In this document: in pieces, positions 21,804 through 31,803 of the stretch
How the letters are laid out: each line of letters opens with the position of its first letter
How positions within the stretch are numbered: position 1 is the stretch's first letter
NCBI GenBank assembly: GCA_963796835.1
Contig: CAWCND010000009.1
Coordinates: 38,859-102,858 of the forward strand
Length of the DNA: 64,000 bases
Source: Candidatus Aminicenantes bacterium
GTDB lineage: Bacteria; Acidobacteriota; Aminicenantia; Aminicenantales; Saccharicenantaceae
Direction of reading: 5' to 3'
Notes under the pieces: generated by a model
Told to the model about the DNA's origin: nothing
Database searches by the model: none
What the model saw: only the letters and a program-made list of their open reading frames with translations
Program-made: the position numbers and the translations under genes

Positions 21804-23045
21804 TCATTCGTATCTCAGGGCCTCGATGGGGTCGAGCTTGGACGCTTTCCGGGCCGGGTAGAACCCGAAGAAGATCCCAACGGCGGCGGCGAAACAGAAC
21901 GACAGTAAAACCGATCCCAGAGAGACGACCGTTTTCATCTGGGAAAAAATCTCGATCTTGCCGAGAAGTTTCGACACCGCGAAACCGAACCCGATACCGA
22001 TGATCCCGCCGAGAAGGCTGAGGACGACGGCCTCGGTCAGGAACTGAAGAAGGATGTCCCGTTCCCGGGCGCCGACGGCCATGCGGATCCCGATCTCCCG
22101 GATCCTCTCCGTGACGGAAACCAGCATGATGTTCATGATCCCGATCCCGCCGACGAGCAGCGAGATCGAGGCGACGCTCCCCAGCAGGATGGTCATGATC
22201 TTGGTGGACTCGGCGGCCGTCTCGGCGACGTCCGCCACGTTCCTAACGGTAAAATCGTCGTCCGCTCCGGGGGCGATATGGTGACGGTCGCGAAGAAGAT
22301 CCTCGATCTGGCGTTGAGCCTCCGCGGTCCTGTCGGCGGAGACGGCCGACACGTCGATCGAATTGAGCCAGGTGATCCCCGAGAGCCGCCGCATGCAAGT
22401 CGTGTACGGGATGGCGATCATGTCATCTCGGTTGAAGAAGCCTCCGGACTGTCCCTTGCTCGTCAGGACGCCCAGGACCCGGAAGGGGATCTGCTTGATC
22501 CGGATGATCTGCCCGACCGGGTCCTCGGCCCCGAAGAGGTTATTCTTGACCTCGCTCCCCAGGACGCAAACCTTGGAGGCGGCCCTGACCATGCCGTCGT
22601 CGAAGAAGACCCCCGTGTCCATCGCCCAGTCCCGGATCACCGTGTACATGGCTCCTGCGCCCTGAATGGAAGTGCTCCAGTTCTTGTTGCCGTAAACGAC
22701 CTGGGCCCGGGAGCTGACCGAGGGCGAGATGGCCTGCACGGCGTCGCAATCATCAAGGATGGCCTTGGCATCGTCCTCTTTGAGGCTTGTCCAGCCTCCC
22801 GCCCCCGTGCGGACGCCGGCCATGTTCCGGCTTCCCGGGTAAACGAAAAGAAGGTTGGTGCCCATGGAATTGAACCGCTCCTGGATGCCGACTTTGGCCC
22901 CTTCGCCGATACTGACCATGGCGATCACGGCGCCGACGCCGATGATGATGCCCAGGGCGGTCAGGAACGTCCGCATCTTATTCCGGGTCAAGGCCCGCAG
23001 GGCCACCCTCATCGTTTGGATGAAGTGCATTAAGGCGCTTTTCAT
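21804..23045 (-). CDS. macB: ABC transporter permease, MacB/FtsX family
   Basis: N-terminal TM helix, MacB periplasmic domain and a C-terminal FtsX four-TM bundle. Confidence 0.85.
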   Translation of the reverse strand: MKSALMHFIQTMRVALRALTRNKMRTFLTALGIIIGVGAVIAMVSIGEGAKVGIQERFNSMGTNLLFVYPGSRNMAGVRTGAGGWTSLKEDDAKAILDDCDAVQAISPSVSSRAQVVYGNKNWSTSIQGAGAMYTVIRDWAMDTGVFFDDGMVRAASKVCVLGSEVKNNLFGAEDPVGQIIRIKQIPFRVLGVLTSKGQSGGFFNRDDMIAIPYTTCMRRLSGITWLNSIDVSAVSADRTAEAQRQIEDLLRDRHHIAPGADDDFTVRNVADVAETAAESTKIMTILLGSVASISLLVGGIGIMNIMLVSVTERIREIGIRMAVGARERDILLQFLTEAVVLSLLGGIIGIGFGFAVSKLLGKIEIFSQMKTVVSLGSVLLSFCFAAAVGIFFGFYPARKASKLDPIEALRYE

Positions 23046-23085
23046 CGTCGCACTCTCTCTTTCACGGCCTGTTCTCCGGTCACGG

Positions 23086-23769
23086 TCAATCCTCCCGGAC
23101 GATGAGCCCGTCCTTGAGGTAGATCCTCTTTTTTGCCCAGGCCGCGATGTCGGGCTCGTGGGTGACCATGATCATGGTGATCTTCTTTTCTTCATTGAGC
23201 TTCTTGAAGATGTTCATGATCTCGAAGCTCGTCTTGCTGTCGAGGTTCCCCGTCGGCTCGTCGGCCAGGATCAACTGGGGGTTGTTCAGGAGGGCCCGGG
23301 CGATGGCGACGCGCTGCTGCTCTCCTCCCGAAAGCTGGTTCGTCTTGTGGTGGGCCCTGTCGCGGAGCCCCACCGAGGCCAGGGAATCCAGGGCCATCTT
23401 CGTGATGTCCTTGCCGTTGATGCGCGAATACAGGAGCGGCAGCTCCGTGTTCTCCAGGGCCGTCGTCCTCGCCAGGAGGTTGAAGCTCTGGAAGACGAAG
23501 CCGAGCTTCTGGTTCCGGATCCGGGCCAGCGTGTTCTTGTCGAGGGTCGAAACGGCCACGCCGTCCAGGATGTATTCGCCCGAGGTGGGCTTGTCCAGGC
23601 AGCCCAGGATGTTCATCAACGTGGATTTCCCCGAGCCCGAGGCTCCCATGATGGCTAGGAATTCGCCGTCCTCGATCGAATAGGAAACTCCCCGAAGGGC
23701 CTGGACTTCGGTTTCGCCGATCTTGTAAATCTTCACCAGGTCGTGAAGTTCGATGATCTTTTTCTCCAT
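23086..23769 (-). CDS. ABC transporter ATP-binding protein (MacB/LolD-type)
   Basis: Walker A GASGSGKST, signature LSGGEQQRVAIARAL, Walker B ILADEPTGNLD. Confidence 0.9.
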   Translation of the reverse strand: MEKKIIELHDLVKIYKIGETEVQALRGVSYSIEDGEFLAIMGASGSGKSTLMNILGCLDKPTSGEYILDGVAVSTLDKNTLARIRNQKLGFVFQSFNLLARTTALENTELPLLYSRINGKDITKMALDSLASVGLRDRAHHKTNQLSGGEQQRVAIARALLNNPQLILADEPTGNLDSKTSFEIMNIFKKLNEEKKITMIMVTHEPDIAAWAKKRIYLKDGLIVRED

Positions 23770-23795
23770 TGTCGACTCCTCGAACGTCCGAGCGT

Positions 23796-25184
23796 CTACC
23801 GGCCGATGAACATCGCCGGCCCGCCGGGGCCGCGGGACGAACTCGCGGCAGCCGCGGCGTTGACGGCGTTAGGCCCCGTGATGCCCGTGATGACCTCGTC
23901 GCCCTCCTTGAGCTCGGACCGGAGGACCTCCGTATAAGTGTTGTCCGTGATGCCCGAGCGGATGAAGACGATCGACAGCTTGCCGGTTTTGTCCTGGACC
24001 CAGACGCGGCTCGCCTGGCGGCGTTGACCGGCCTGGCCCCCGGCGGACCGTGCGCCCGTCTGGAAGCCCTGAGCCTGAGCCTGCGCCCGCTGGGGGTCCG
24101 TCGCGCGCGCGGCCTGCGAAGGCCCGCCTTGCGTTGAGTCGACGGCGCCCGGCTGCTGCTGGCGCTGGGCCTGCATCCGCTCGGCCGTCTCTCTCATGAC
24201 CCTCTCCATCTCCGCCTGGGTCAAGTTGGGTGTGAACCTGAGGGCCGAGTTCGGGACCCGGAGAACGTTCTTAGCGTCGCCGACGAGGATCGTGACCGTG
24301 GCGGTCATGCCCGGCCGGAGTTTCAGCTCGGGGTTATCGACGTTGACGATGGTCGTGTACGTCACGACGTTCGAGACGGTCTGGGGCTGAAATTGGACCT
24401 GCTGCACGGAGCCGGAGAATGTTTCGGTTGGGAACGCCTCGACCGTGAACCGGACCTTCTGCCCCTCCTTGACCTTGCCGACGTCGGCTTCGTCGACGCT
24501 GCAGGCGCACTTCATCTTGGTCAAATCCGTGGCGACCTGGAAGAGGACCGGCGCTGAAAAGTTGGCCTGAAGGGTCTGCCCTTCATTGACCTCCTTGTTG
24601 ATGACGATCCCGTCGGAGGGGGAACGGATGATGGCGTAGTCCAGGTTCACCTTGCTCTGGTCCAGCTGGGCCTTGGCCTGGACCAGCTTGGCCTCCGCCG
24701 AGGAGACGTCGGCCTTCGCCCCCAGGTAGTTGGCCTCCGCCGTTTCCTTGTCCTGGTAAGCCATCAGTTTTTTATCGAAGAGGCTTTGGGCCCGTTCGTA
24801 TTGATTCTTGAGCTGGGCCAGGGTCGCTTGGGCCCGTTCGAGTGCCGCCACGGAGCTCTTGTAGTTGGCGTCGCTCTGGTCGACGGACAGTTTGAGGGGC
24901 TGCATATCGAGCTGGGCCACGATCTGGCCCTCCTTGACCTGGGAATTGAAGTCGGCGTAGAGCTTGACGATCTTGCCGGAGACCTGGCTGCCGACGTCCA
25001 CCAGGACGATCGGGTTCAACGTCCCCGAGGTGACCACGACGGCCTCGATATCGCCGCGGGCCAGCGCTTCTTTCCTGTATTTGACGTTGCTCTCCTTGCC
25101 TTTCCGGATGATCGTGAATCCGAGGACGGATCCGACGACAATGACCAGAACGATGATGACCCAGATGAGTTTCTTCTTCATCAT
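23796..25184 (-). CDS. macA: Efflux transporter periplasmic adaptor subunit (MacA/HlyD family)
   Basis: TM anchor, coiled-coil hairpin, lipoyl and beta-barrel domains, and a Gln/Ala-rich C-terminal tail. Confidence 0.85.
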   Translation of the reverse strand: MMKKKLIWVIIVLVIVVGSVLGFTIIRKGKESNVKYRKEALARGDIEAVVVTSGTLNPIVLVDVGSQVSGKIVKLYADFNSQVKEGQIVAQLDMQPLKLSVDQSDANYKSSVAALERAQATLAQLKNQYERAQSLFDKKLMAYQDKETAEANYLGAKADVSSAEAKLVQAKAQLDQSKVNLDYAIIRSPSDGIVINKEVNEGQTLQANFSAPVLFQVATDLTKMKCACSVDEADVGKVKEGQKVRFTVEAFPTETFSGSVQQVQFQPQTVSNVVTYTTIVNVDNPELKLRPGMTATVTILVGDAKNVLRVPNSALRFTPNLTQAEMERVMRETAERMQAQRQQQPGAVDSTQGGPSQAARATDPQRAQAQAQGFQTGARSAGGQAGQRRQASRVWVQDKTGKLSIVFIRSGITDNTYTEVLRSELKEGDEVITGITGPNAVNAAAAASSSRGPGGPAMFIGR

Positions 25185-25214
25185 GCTTCTCCTTTATCCT
25201 TTATCCTTGAACAT

Positions 25215-25646
25215 TTATTTCGTTTCCGGGGAATGGTCCCGGTCGCTCCGCTGAGGATCCTTGGCGGTCCGTCCGGGCTGCCGCTTGGCCCGCTCTTTCT
25301 GGATCATGTCCTCGAGCTTGCCGGACTGCTCCGGGGTGAGGACGCCGTCGACCTCGCTCTTGAGCTGGGTCCGGATCTCCCGCAGCCGGGCATGGATCTC
25401 CGTGTCGAGCGCTTTCATCCGCTCGTCGCCCCGCTTGAAGACTTCCCGGATCTTGTCCTGCTGGTCGGGCGTAAGCCCCAGGGCCTTGGCCACGGGCTCG
25501 AGCAGGGGGAACGGCGTCCGGTCGGGCGCCGGCCGGTGGTCTCTCTTGTGCATGATGGTGCGCTCGCCGAAAATGCCGGCCGCGGCGCCCAGGCCGAAGA
25601 CGACGATGAGGGTCAGCGCGACCCAGAGCTTGTATTTTTTGATCAT
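25215..25646 (-). CDS. Periplasmic LTXXQ-motif protein (Spy/CpxP/ZraP-like heavy-metal/envelope stress protein)
   Basis: Signal anchor and two LTXXQ motifs (LTPDQQDKI, LTPEQSGKL). Confidence 0.7.
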   Translation of the reverse strand: MIKKYKLWVALTLIVVFGLGAAAGIFGERTIMHKRDHRPAPDRTPFPLLEPVAKALGLTPDQQDKIREVFKRGDERMKALDTEIHARLREIRTQLKSEVDGVLTPEQSGKLEDMIQKERAKRQPGRTAKDPQRSDRDHSPETK

Positions 25647-26131
25647 GGGGACTGTCTCCTGACCGGGGGTTTCTCGTCGAGCGAGGCGAAGATGAGCATC
25701 ATGCTCTTGTCCTCCGGGCGTTTCTGCTCGAACAGGCTCCTCGTTTCCGAGAACGGGTTGGTGTTCTCGATGAGCAGGGCCTCAGACTGGCCCATTTCCC
25801 TGGTTTGGGGCGTGAAAATGAAAAGGCCCGCCGCCAGGGCGACGAGGGCCACGAAGACCGGGATCGCATGGAGCGCCCATCTCTCCCAGAGGACGAGAGG
25901 CACGATCTTCTGCTCTTCCCTCAAGCGGGGCTCGAGCCGCTCCCAGAAGCCGGGGAGGGGCGTTCGCTCCTTCTCCTCCCGGAGGAGAGCCAGCATGGAC
26001 CGGTATTCGGCGGCGGCTTTGCGGCAGGAGGGGCAGGCTGCGAGATGCTCCTCGAGGCCTTCCCGGGAGCGCTCGTCGAGGCGCCCGTCCAGGGACCGCA
26101 GGATCCATTTCTCGGCCGTCTTACATTTCAT
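25643..26131 (-). CDS. Zinc-binding anti-sigma factor (ZAS family; HxxxCxxC) with a C-terminal TM helix
   Basis: Contains EEHLAACPSC. Translationally coupled to the upstream ECF sigma factor. A TM segment (AIPVFVALVALAAGLFIF) is present. Confidence 0.75.
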   Translation of the reverse strand: MKCKTAEKWILRSLDGRLDERSREGLEEHLAACPSCRKAAAEYRSMLALLREEKERTPLPGFWERLEPRLREEQKIVPLVLWERWALHAIPVFVALVALAAGLFIFTPQTREMGQSEALLIENTNPFSETRSLFEQKRPEDKSMMLIFASLDEKPPVRRQSP

Positions 26132-26696
26132 GAGACCCTCCTTCCTGGCCCAAATGGGGAGCCAGCTTCGTTCGGAGCATCTTCCGGGCCCTGTGGAGCC
26201 TGGAGTCCACGGTCCCGGGAGACATATGAAGGACCCGGGAGATCTCGTCGTACGGAAGGCCCTGGATGTCCCGGAGCGTCAGGATGACCCGGTATTTCTC
26301 CGGGAGCCTCTCGACACAGCCCAGGACGAGGCCTTTGCGGGCCTCTCTCTCACGTTCCGCTTCCGCCTTTTCCACGGCGTTCTCGTCCGCGATCGAGAGC
26401 TCCCGGACGTCGTCGAGCGAGACCTCTCTGGCCCGACCCCTTTTCCGCAGGACGTCCTTGATGTGGTTGATGGCGATCCGGTAGAGCCAGGTGCCGAACT
26501 CGGACTTCAGGTGGAACTTCGGGAGGGCCAGGTAGGCCTTGAGAAAGACCTCCTGGGCCGCATCGTCGGCCGCTTCCCGGTTCCGGATAAAGCTCATCGC
26601 CATGCTGAACACCTTGGCCTGGTATTTCGTGACAAGCTCTTCGAAAGCCGCCTGGCTTCCGTCCTGGGCCAGTCTGACGAGTTGCTTTTCGTCCAT
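26121..26696 (-). CDS. ECF (sigma-E-like) RNA polymerase sigma-70 factor
   Basis: Sigma-70 region 2 (FGTWLYRIAINHIKD) and region 4 (LPEKYRVILTLRDIQGLPYDEISRVL) are present. Confidence 0.9.
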   Translation of the reverse strand: MDEKQLVRLAQDGSQAAFEELVTKYQAKVFSMAMSFIRNREAADDAAQEVFLKAYLALPKFHLKSEFGTWLYRIAINHIKDVLRKRGRAREVSLDDVRELSIADENAVEKAEAEREREARKGLVLGCVERLPEKYRVILTLRDIQGLPYDEISRVLHMSPGTVDSRLHRARKMLRTKLAPHLGQEGGSHEM

Positions 26697-26957
26697 GCGA
26701 TTTGGCTCAATTGTCCTCCGCATCTTTTTAGACGGGAGGACGGGAGAAATCTTCCAAAGGACGGTCTCTTTGGAGTCAACTCTGTTTCGGACGAACCTGA
26801 TTCGGCGGGTGGCCGAACAGACCTGACCGTCTTGGCGGGAGTCCCCTGGGGACCGAGTCCACCTGGATCACCCCTGCCGCCGGTTATCCATTATAGCCGA
26901 TATCATGCGCCGGGAAAAGGGACGGGGGCGAATCGCTGGCGGCCCGGCGCCTGGTGA

Positions 26958-26997
26958 ATAAAAAAGGGAAGCCGGCCGCACGGATGGCCGGCTTCCC
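26958..26997 (-). terminator. Rho-independent terminator (perfect 12 bp stem GGGAAGCCGGCC followed by a U-run on the minus strand)
   Basis: The minus strand reads gggaagccggcc-atccgtgc-ggccggcttccc-tttttta, downstream of gene 27072..27458. Confidence 0.7.
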
Positions 26998-27071
26998 GTC
27001 TTGGCCAAAAAGACCCGCCCCTCCCGGCCCGCTCGCTCAGGGCGGCGAGGCCGGAAGGACCGAAGGATCGC

Positions 27072-27440
27072 TTACTTCGCCTTCTTGACGGCGGTCCACT
27101 CGACGGGCGTGCCTCTCATATCAAAGGTCCCCGACATCTTGTCGCCTTCGATCTTGCCCTTGTAGACCATCTTGAATTCACCCTGCTGGGTGGTCCGGAC
27201 GATCGTCCACTCGATATCGTTACCCTTGACCGTCCCGGTGCCCGTGATTTCCTGGCCGTTCCTGCCGGTCGTTTTGACCGCCAGGTTTTCACCCGTCTGA
27301 GTGAAGGTTACGACCGACGTCCTGTCGCCCTGGGGCCCTTTCACGGTCATATTCCAGTCGCCCGTGACGTCAACCGCGGCGAGAAGGAAGGACCCGGCCA
27401 GAACGAACATGAGAGCCAGACTCAATAATGTTTTTTTCAT
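27072..27440 (-). CDS. Secreted hypothetical protein (lipocalin/beta-barrel-like)
   Basis: Signal peptide (MKKTLLSLALMFVLAGSFLLAA). Repeated TG..G beta-strand pattern with a conserved Trp. Confidence 0.55.
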   Translation of the reverse strand: MKKTLLSLALMFVLAGSFLLAAVDVTGDWNMTVKGPQGDRTSVVTFTQTGENLAVKTTGRNGQEITGTGTVKGNDIEWTIVRTTQQGEFKMVYKGKIEGDKMSGTFDMRGTPVEWTAVKKAK

Positions 27441-27818
27441 GAACACTTCTCCTTTCATCTATTATAGACGAATGTTCTCGAAATTTCTTCCGTGCCATCA
27501 TAACATATTTTATAACCATGAGTTACAAAGAGTGCCGCGAGGCCGCCCGGGCGTTCGGAAACCCTAGGGCCGGCTCGCTTCGGCGCCGCGCCCGCCCGGG
27601 AAGACGGCTAGGCAGGCCCAGGTTCCTCGATGTCCGGCCGCGCTTCCCTTGCCGATTTTTGCAGTCTTCCGGATGACCCCGCCCGACGTCGAGGAAGACG
27701 GGGAAAACAAAGGGAAAAAGGAGGTCAACCAACAGAGGGGGCTCAAGAAAGATGGAACCTTTTGGCCTCAACGCGCGTCTAATGCTCTGAAAGAACGAAA
27801 TCAACTTGGAGGTTCAAC

Positions 27819-28016
27819 ATGAAAACGAAAACCAAGATCGCCATCTTGGTGGTGGCCGTGATGGTCACTCTGATCGGGTTCAACCTGATCGCGTCGCCGT
27901 CGGCCCTGGGCATGTTCAAGCTCGGCCAGATGAGCGGCGACCGCGTCGACGTGGTCGTGACCGCGAAGTTGGGATCCGACGCCCCGGCCGTCGTGCACTT
28001 CAACGGGCTGTCCTGA
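27819..28016 (+). CDS. Small secreted/membrane hypothetical protein (65 aa) with a strong RBS
   Basis: GGAGG lies 7 nt upstream of the ATG. N-terminal hydrophobic helix. Genome-typical GC3 codon usage. Confidence 0.5.
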   Translation: MKTKTKIAILVVAVMVTLIGFNLIASPSALGMFKLGQMSGDRVDVVVTAKLGSDAPAVVHFNGLS

Positions 28017-28126
28017 TGAGGCGGCCCAGGATCCTGGACTGGCTGTTTCTCGACCGGCCGGTCGTCTTCCAGCCGTTCCCGGGATATGCACGGTTCCTGG
28101 CCTGCAGGCCGATTCTCGTCGCGTAA
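28016..28126 (+). CDS. Possible 36 aa peptide translationally coupled (TGATG overlap) to the preceding small ORF
   Basis: Encodes MRRPRILDWLFLDRPVVFQPFPGYARFLACRPILVA, ending 3 nt before a strong terminator. Confidence 0.25.
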   Translation: MRRPRILDWLFLDRPVVFQPFPGYARFLACRPILVA

Positions 28127-28128
28127 AA

Positions 28129-28172
28129 GGCCGCCGATTTTTCCGAGGGGAAAAACGGCGGCCCTTTTTTTT
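28129..28172 (+). terminator. Rho-independent terminator
   Basis: GGCCGCCG...CGGCGGCC stem followed by CTTTTTTTT. Confidence 0.7.
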
Positions 28173-28268
28173 AGAAAAATGCACGGGCCGTACGTTGGAG
28201 AGAGCCTGGCTGAGAGGAATGCCTGAAGCTATTGATGAAGAACGCGCATAAAGAGGAACCGCCCGGCC

Positions 28269-28763
28269 TTATGAAGACGCAGGGTCTTCTTTCTCGATAA
28301 GGGCCACAGCCCAGCAGGCAATGGCCCGGCTCTCTCCGACGTCCCCCAAGCCCTCGTTCGTCTTGCCCTTGATCCCCAGGCCGGTCTCCTTGATGCCCAG
28401 AACGGGACAGAGGATGTTTTTCATCGCCGCGACGTGCGGGGAGATCTTCGGTTCCTCGGCCGCGACGACCGTGTCAACGTTCACGACCCTCCAGCCGCCG
28501 GCCTTGAGCCTGGCCACGACCTCGGCCAGAATGAGGAGGCTCGGAACGCCCTCCGTGAGCGGGTCGGTGTCCGGAAAAAGCCGGCCGATGTCGCCTTCTC
28601 CCATGGCCCCGAGCAGGGCGTCGACGACGGCGTGGATAAGGGCGTCGCCGTCCGAGTGCCCGGCAGAGGCCCGTCGGGAACGGGATCTCCAGACCGCCGA
28701 GGACGAGCGTCCGGCCCCGCGACGAGCCGGATGGATGTCATACCCGAAGCCGATCTTATGCAT
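28269..28763 (-). CDS. ispF: 2-C-methyl-D-erythritol 2,4-cyclodiphosphate synthase (local compensating frameshifts near the N-terminus)
   Basis: IGFGYDIH..., GHSDGDALIHAVVDALLGA and the C-terminal IspF fold are present. Confidence 0.8.
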   Translation of the reverse strand: MHKIGFGYDIHPARRGAGRSSSAVWRSRSRRASAGHSDGDALIHAVVDALLGAMGEGDIGRLFPDTDPLTEGVPSLLILAEVVARLKAGGWRVVNVDTVVAAEEPKISPHVAAMKNILCPVLGIKETGLGIKGKTNEGLGDVGESRAIACWAVALIEKEDPASS

Positions 28764-29420
28764 CGAGCAAGGCCTCCGCGACCTTCAGGTCCAGGGGACT
28801 CGTGATCTTGATGTTCCGCGGGTCCCCTTCGACGCGCGTGACCGGGAAGACCGGCCCGCTCGACGAGGACGGCCTCGTCCGTCCCGTAAAACCGGTCCCG
28901 GCGGGCCGCGTCAAGGGCCCTCTGGAGGACGGCGTAGAGGAATCCCTGCGGGGTCTGGACGCGGAAGAGCCCGCGCCGGTCCAAGGTCCGGACGACGAGG
29001 CCCTCGCGGACCTCCTTGGCCGTGTCCTCGAACGGGGACGACGGGAATGGCGGCCCCGGCCGCCCGGGCCTCGGCGATGACCCGGCTGACGAGGTCGGCG
29101 TCGACGAGAGGCCGGGCGCCGTCGTGGACGAGGACGAGCTCCGTCGTCGCCGGGTCGAGGAGCCTGAACCCCTGCCAGACCGAATCCTGCCGCCTTTCCC
29201 CGCCCTGGACGACGTCGACGATCTTGGCGTAGCGCATCTGGTAGTGCTTCCGGTCCTGCTCGTCGGGCAGGACGAGGACGATCGAGCCGACCTCTTCGTG
29301 GGCCTGCGAACCTCGCGAGCGTCCATTCGAGGACAGGCTTTCCCCTCAGGTAGACGAACTGTTTCATCTGCCCGAACCGCTTCCCGGCCCCGGCCGCGAC
29401 GACGATCGCCGCGACGAGGC
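28760..29420 (-). CDS. ispD: 2-C-methyl-D-erythritol 4-phosphate cytidylyltransferase, split over three frames
   Basis: AAIVVAAGAGKRFG..KQFVYLRGKPVLEWTL (N-terminus), VLVHDGARPLV (middle) and RVQTPQGF...TDEA (C-terminus) lie in different frames. Confidence 0.7.
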
Positions 29421-30416
29421 TCACCGGCTCTCCCCGTTGTAGCGGCCGAAGATCATCTTCCCGACGGTCGTCTGGAGGACCGAGGTGACGGTGACGTCGA
29501 CGTTCTGGCCGATCATCCGGCGGGAGTTGTCGACGACGACCATGGTCCCGTCGTCCAGATAGGCGACGCCCTGGTCCTTTTCCTTGCCCTCCTTGATGAT
29601 GAAGACCTTCATCGCCTCGCCGGGCAGGACGACCGGCCTGAGGGCGTTGGCCAGCTCGTTGATGTTGAGGACCTGGATGCCGTGGATGCGGGCGACCTTG
29701 TTCAGGTTGAAATCGTTGGTGACGATCTTGGCGTCGAGGCGCCTTGGCGCACTCGATGAGCTTGGAGTCGACGTCGCGGATGTCGGGGAAATCCAGGTCC
29801 GAGATGACGACCGACACCTGGGACGATTTCTGGAGATGGTTGAGGACGTCGAGCCCGCGGCGGCCGCGCTGGCGCTTCAGCGCCGTCCGGGCGAGTCGGC
29901 CACGAGCTGGAGCTCCTTGAGGACGAACTGGGGGACGACCAGCGTGCCCTCGATGAAGCCCGTGTCGCAGAGGTCGGCGATCCGGCCGTCGATGATGACG
30001 CTCGTGTCCAGGATCTTGTAGCTCCGGCCGGCGCTCTTTTCCTTGAAGAAGCGGAAGAGGTGGCCGGGTCGAGCCATTCCGACTTCCGCGTCCCGACCAG
30101 GAGGCCGAAGTAGGGCAGGATGATCAGGAAAAAGATCCGGATGAAGGTCGCCATCTCCGGATCGTGTGGATGATCGACTGGTAGATCGAGCCGAGCATCC
30201 AGCCGAGGAAGACGCCGGCGAGCAGGCCCAGGCCCGAGCTCCAGATGACCTTGAACTGGGTCCTGCGGATCCGCGTTTCGAGGAACATGAAGATGAGCGC
30301 CGAGGACGAAAGCCACGGCGGCCCCGGCGAGCCGGGTCAGGCCGGAAGGGTGGATAGAAATATCCGGCCGCGGCGATGAGGCTGATGATGAAGAACCGGA
30401 AAATTGCCATGCCCAT
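29421..30416 (-). CDS. yacL: YacL-like PIN and TRAM domain membrane protein (frameshifted)
   Basis: N-terminal TM region, PIN domain ([22 protein letters not shown]) and a C-terminal TRAM domain (ORF 29421..29612). Sits upstream of ispD-ispF as in Firmicutes. Confidence 0.65.
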
Positions 30417-30444
30417 CGGAGCGATCCCTATCTATTCAAGTCCG

Positions 30445-31803
30445 TTAAAATACGTACTGGAGCGCCTGCTTGACCGTCCTGGCCCCGAGGCATTGGATGG
30501 CCGGCAAGTCGCCCTTGTCCAGAGCGTCCAGGTTTCCAGCGGGGACGAGGATGGTCCCGAAGCCCAGCGTCTGGGCCTCCTTGATCCGGGCCAGGGGCTG
30601 GCTGACCGAACGGATCTCGCCGCTCAGCCCGACTTCGCCGAAAAACGTCATGTCGCTGGGCAGGGGCGTGTTCTTCAGGGAGGAAACGACCGCCATGACG
30701 ACGCCGAGGTCGGCCGCAGGTTCGTCGATCGTCATCCCTCCGGCCACGTTGAGGTAGATGTCCTCTCCCGCGAAGCTGTACCCGAGTTTTTTCTCCACCA
30801 GGGCCAGGAGCATCGACGTCCGGTAGTGATCGAGGCCGATGCTCATCCGGCGGGGGTTCCCGGTGAAGAGCGTGGACGACACGAGGGCCTGGATCTCGGC
30901 GAGGAGGGGCCGAGTCCCTTTGATGGTGCAGACGACGGCGCTGCCGGCTTCCTCCCGGGGCCTTTCCCGGAGGAAGAAGGCCGACGGGTTGAGGATGGCC
31001 TGGAGCCCGGCCGCGGTCATCTCGAACACGGCCAATTCCGAGACGGGGCCGAACCTGTTCTTCAGGGCCCGGAGGACGCGGTGGCTGTGGTCCCGTTCCC
31101 CTTCGAAAAGGAGGACGACGTCGACCATGTGCTCGAGGGACTTCGGCCCGGCTAGGGAGCCCTCTTTCGTGATGTGGCCGACGAGGAACGAGGGGATCTG
31201 GTTTTTCTTGGCGAAGCGGAAGATCTGGTTGGCCACCTCCCGAACCTGGCTGATCGTCCCCGGGCTGGAGGTCATCTTCGAGGAGAAGATCGTCTGGACA
31301 GAGTCCACAACGAGGGCCTTCGGCCGGAGGCGCTCAGCCTGGGAGATGATGCGCTCCAGGTTGGTTTCCGAAAGGAGGTAGAGGCTGCCGTCGCGGACCC
31401 CGAGCCTGTCCCCGCGGAGCTTGATCTGCTCCAGGGACTCCTCGCCGGAAACGTAGAGGACCTCCTCGCCCGCCTGGGCCAGACCCTTGGACACCTGGAG
31501 GAGGAGCGTGGACTTTCCGATCCCCGGCTCGCCCCCGATGAGGACGACGGAGCCAAGGACGAGGCCGCCGCCGAGGACCTTGTTGAAATCCCCGATCTCG
31601 GTCTGGATCCTCGGCTTGGCCAGTTCCCTGATGTCTTTATAAAGGATCGGGTCGGAGGGCGGGAACGAGATCTCGACCGGGGTCTCCTCTTCCAACTCCT
31701 CAACGAGGCTGTTCCATTCCCCGCAGTTGTGACACCGTCCCATCCATTTCGGCGAACGGAAGCCGCAGTTCTGGCAGATAAAGACCGTTTTGTCCTTCAT
31801 CAA
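30445..31803 (-). CDS. radA: DNA repair protein RadA/Sms
   Basis: C4 zinc finger (CQNCGF..CHNCGEW), RecA-like Walker A (GGEPGIGKSTLL), KNRFG motif and a Lon-like C-terminal domain. Confidence 0.95.
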   Translation of the reverse strand: MMKDKTVFICQNCGFRSPKWMGRCHNCGEWNSLVEELEEETPVEISFPPSDPILYKDIRELAKPRIQTEIGDFNKVLGGGLVLGSVVLIGGEPGIGKSTLLLQVSKGLAQAGEEVLYVSGEESLEQIKLRGDRLGVRDGSLYLLSETNLERIISQAERLRPKALVVDSVQTIFSSKMTSSPGTISQVREVANQIFRFAKKNQIPSFLVGHITKEGSLAGPKSLEHMVDVVLLFEGERDHSHRVLRALKNRFGPVSELAVFEMTAAGLQAILNPSAFFLRERPREEAGSAVVCTIKGTRPLLAEIQALVSSTLFTGNPRRMSIGLDHYRTSMLLALVEKKLGYSFAGEDIYLNVAGGMTIDEPAADLGVVMAVVSSLKNTPLPSDMTFFGEVGLSGEIRSVSQPLARIKEAQTLGFGTILVPAGNLDALDKGDLPAIQCLGARTVKQALQYVF

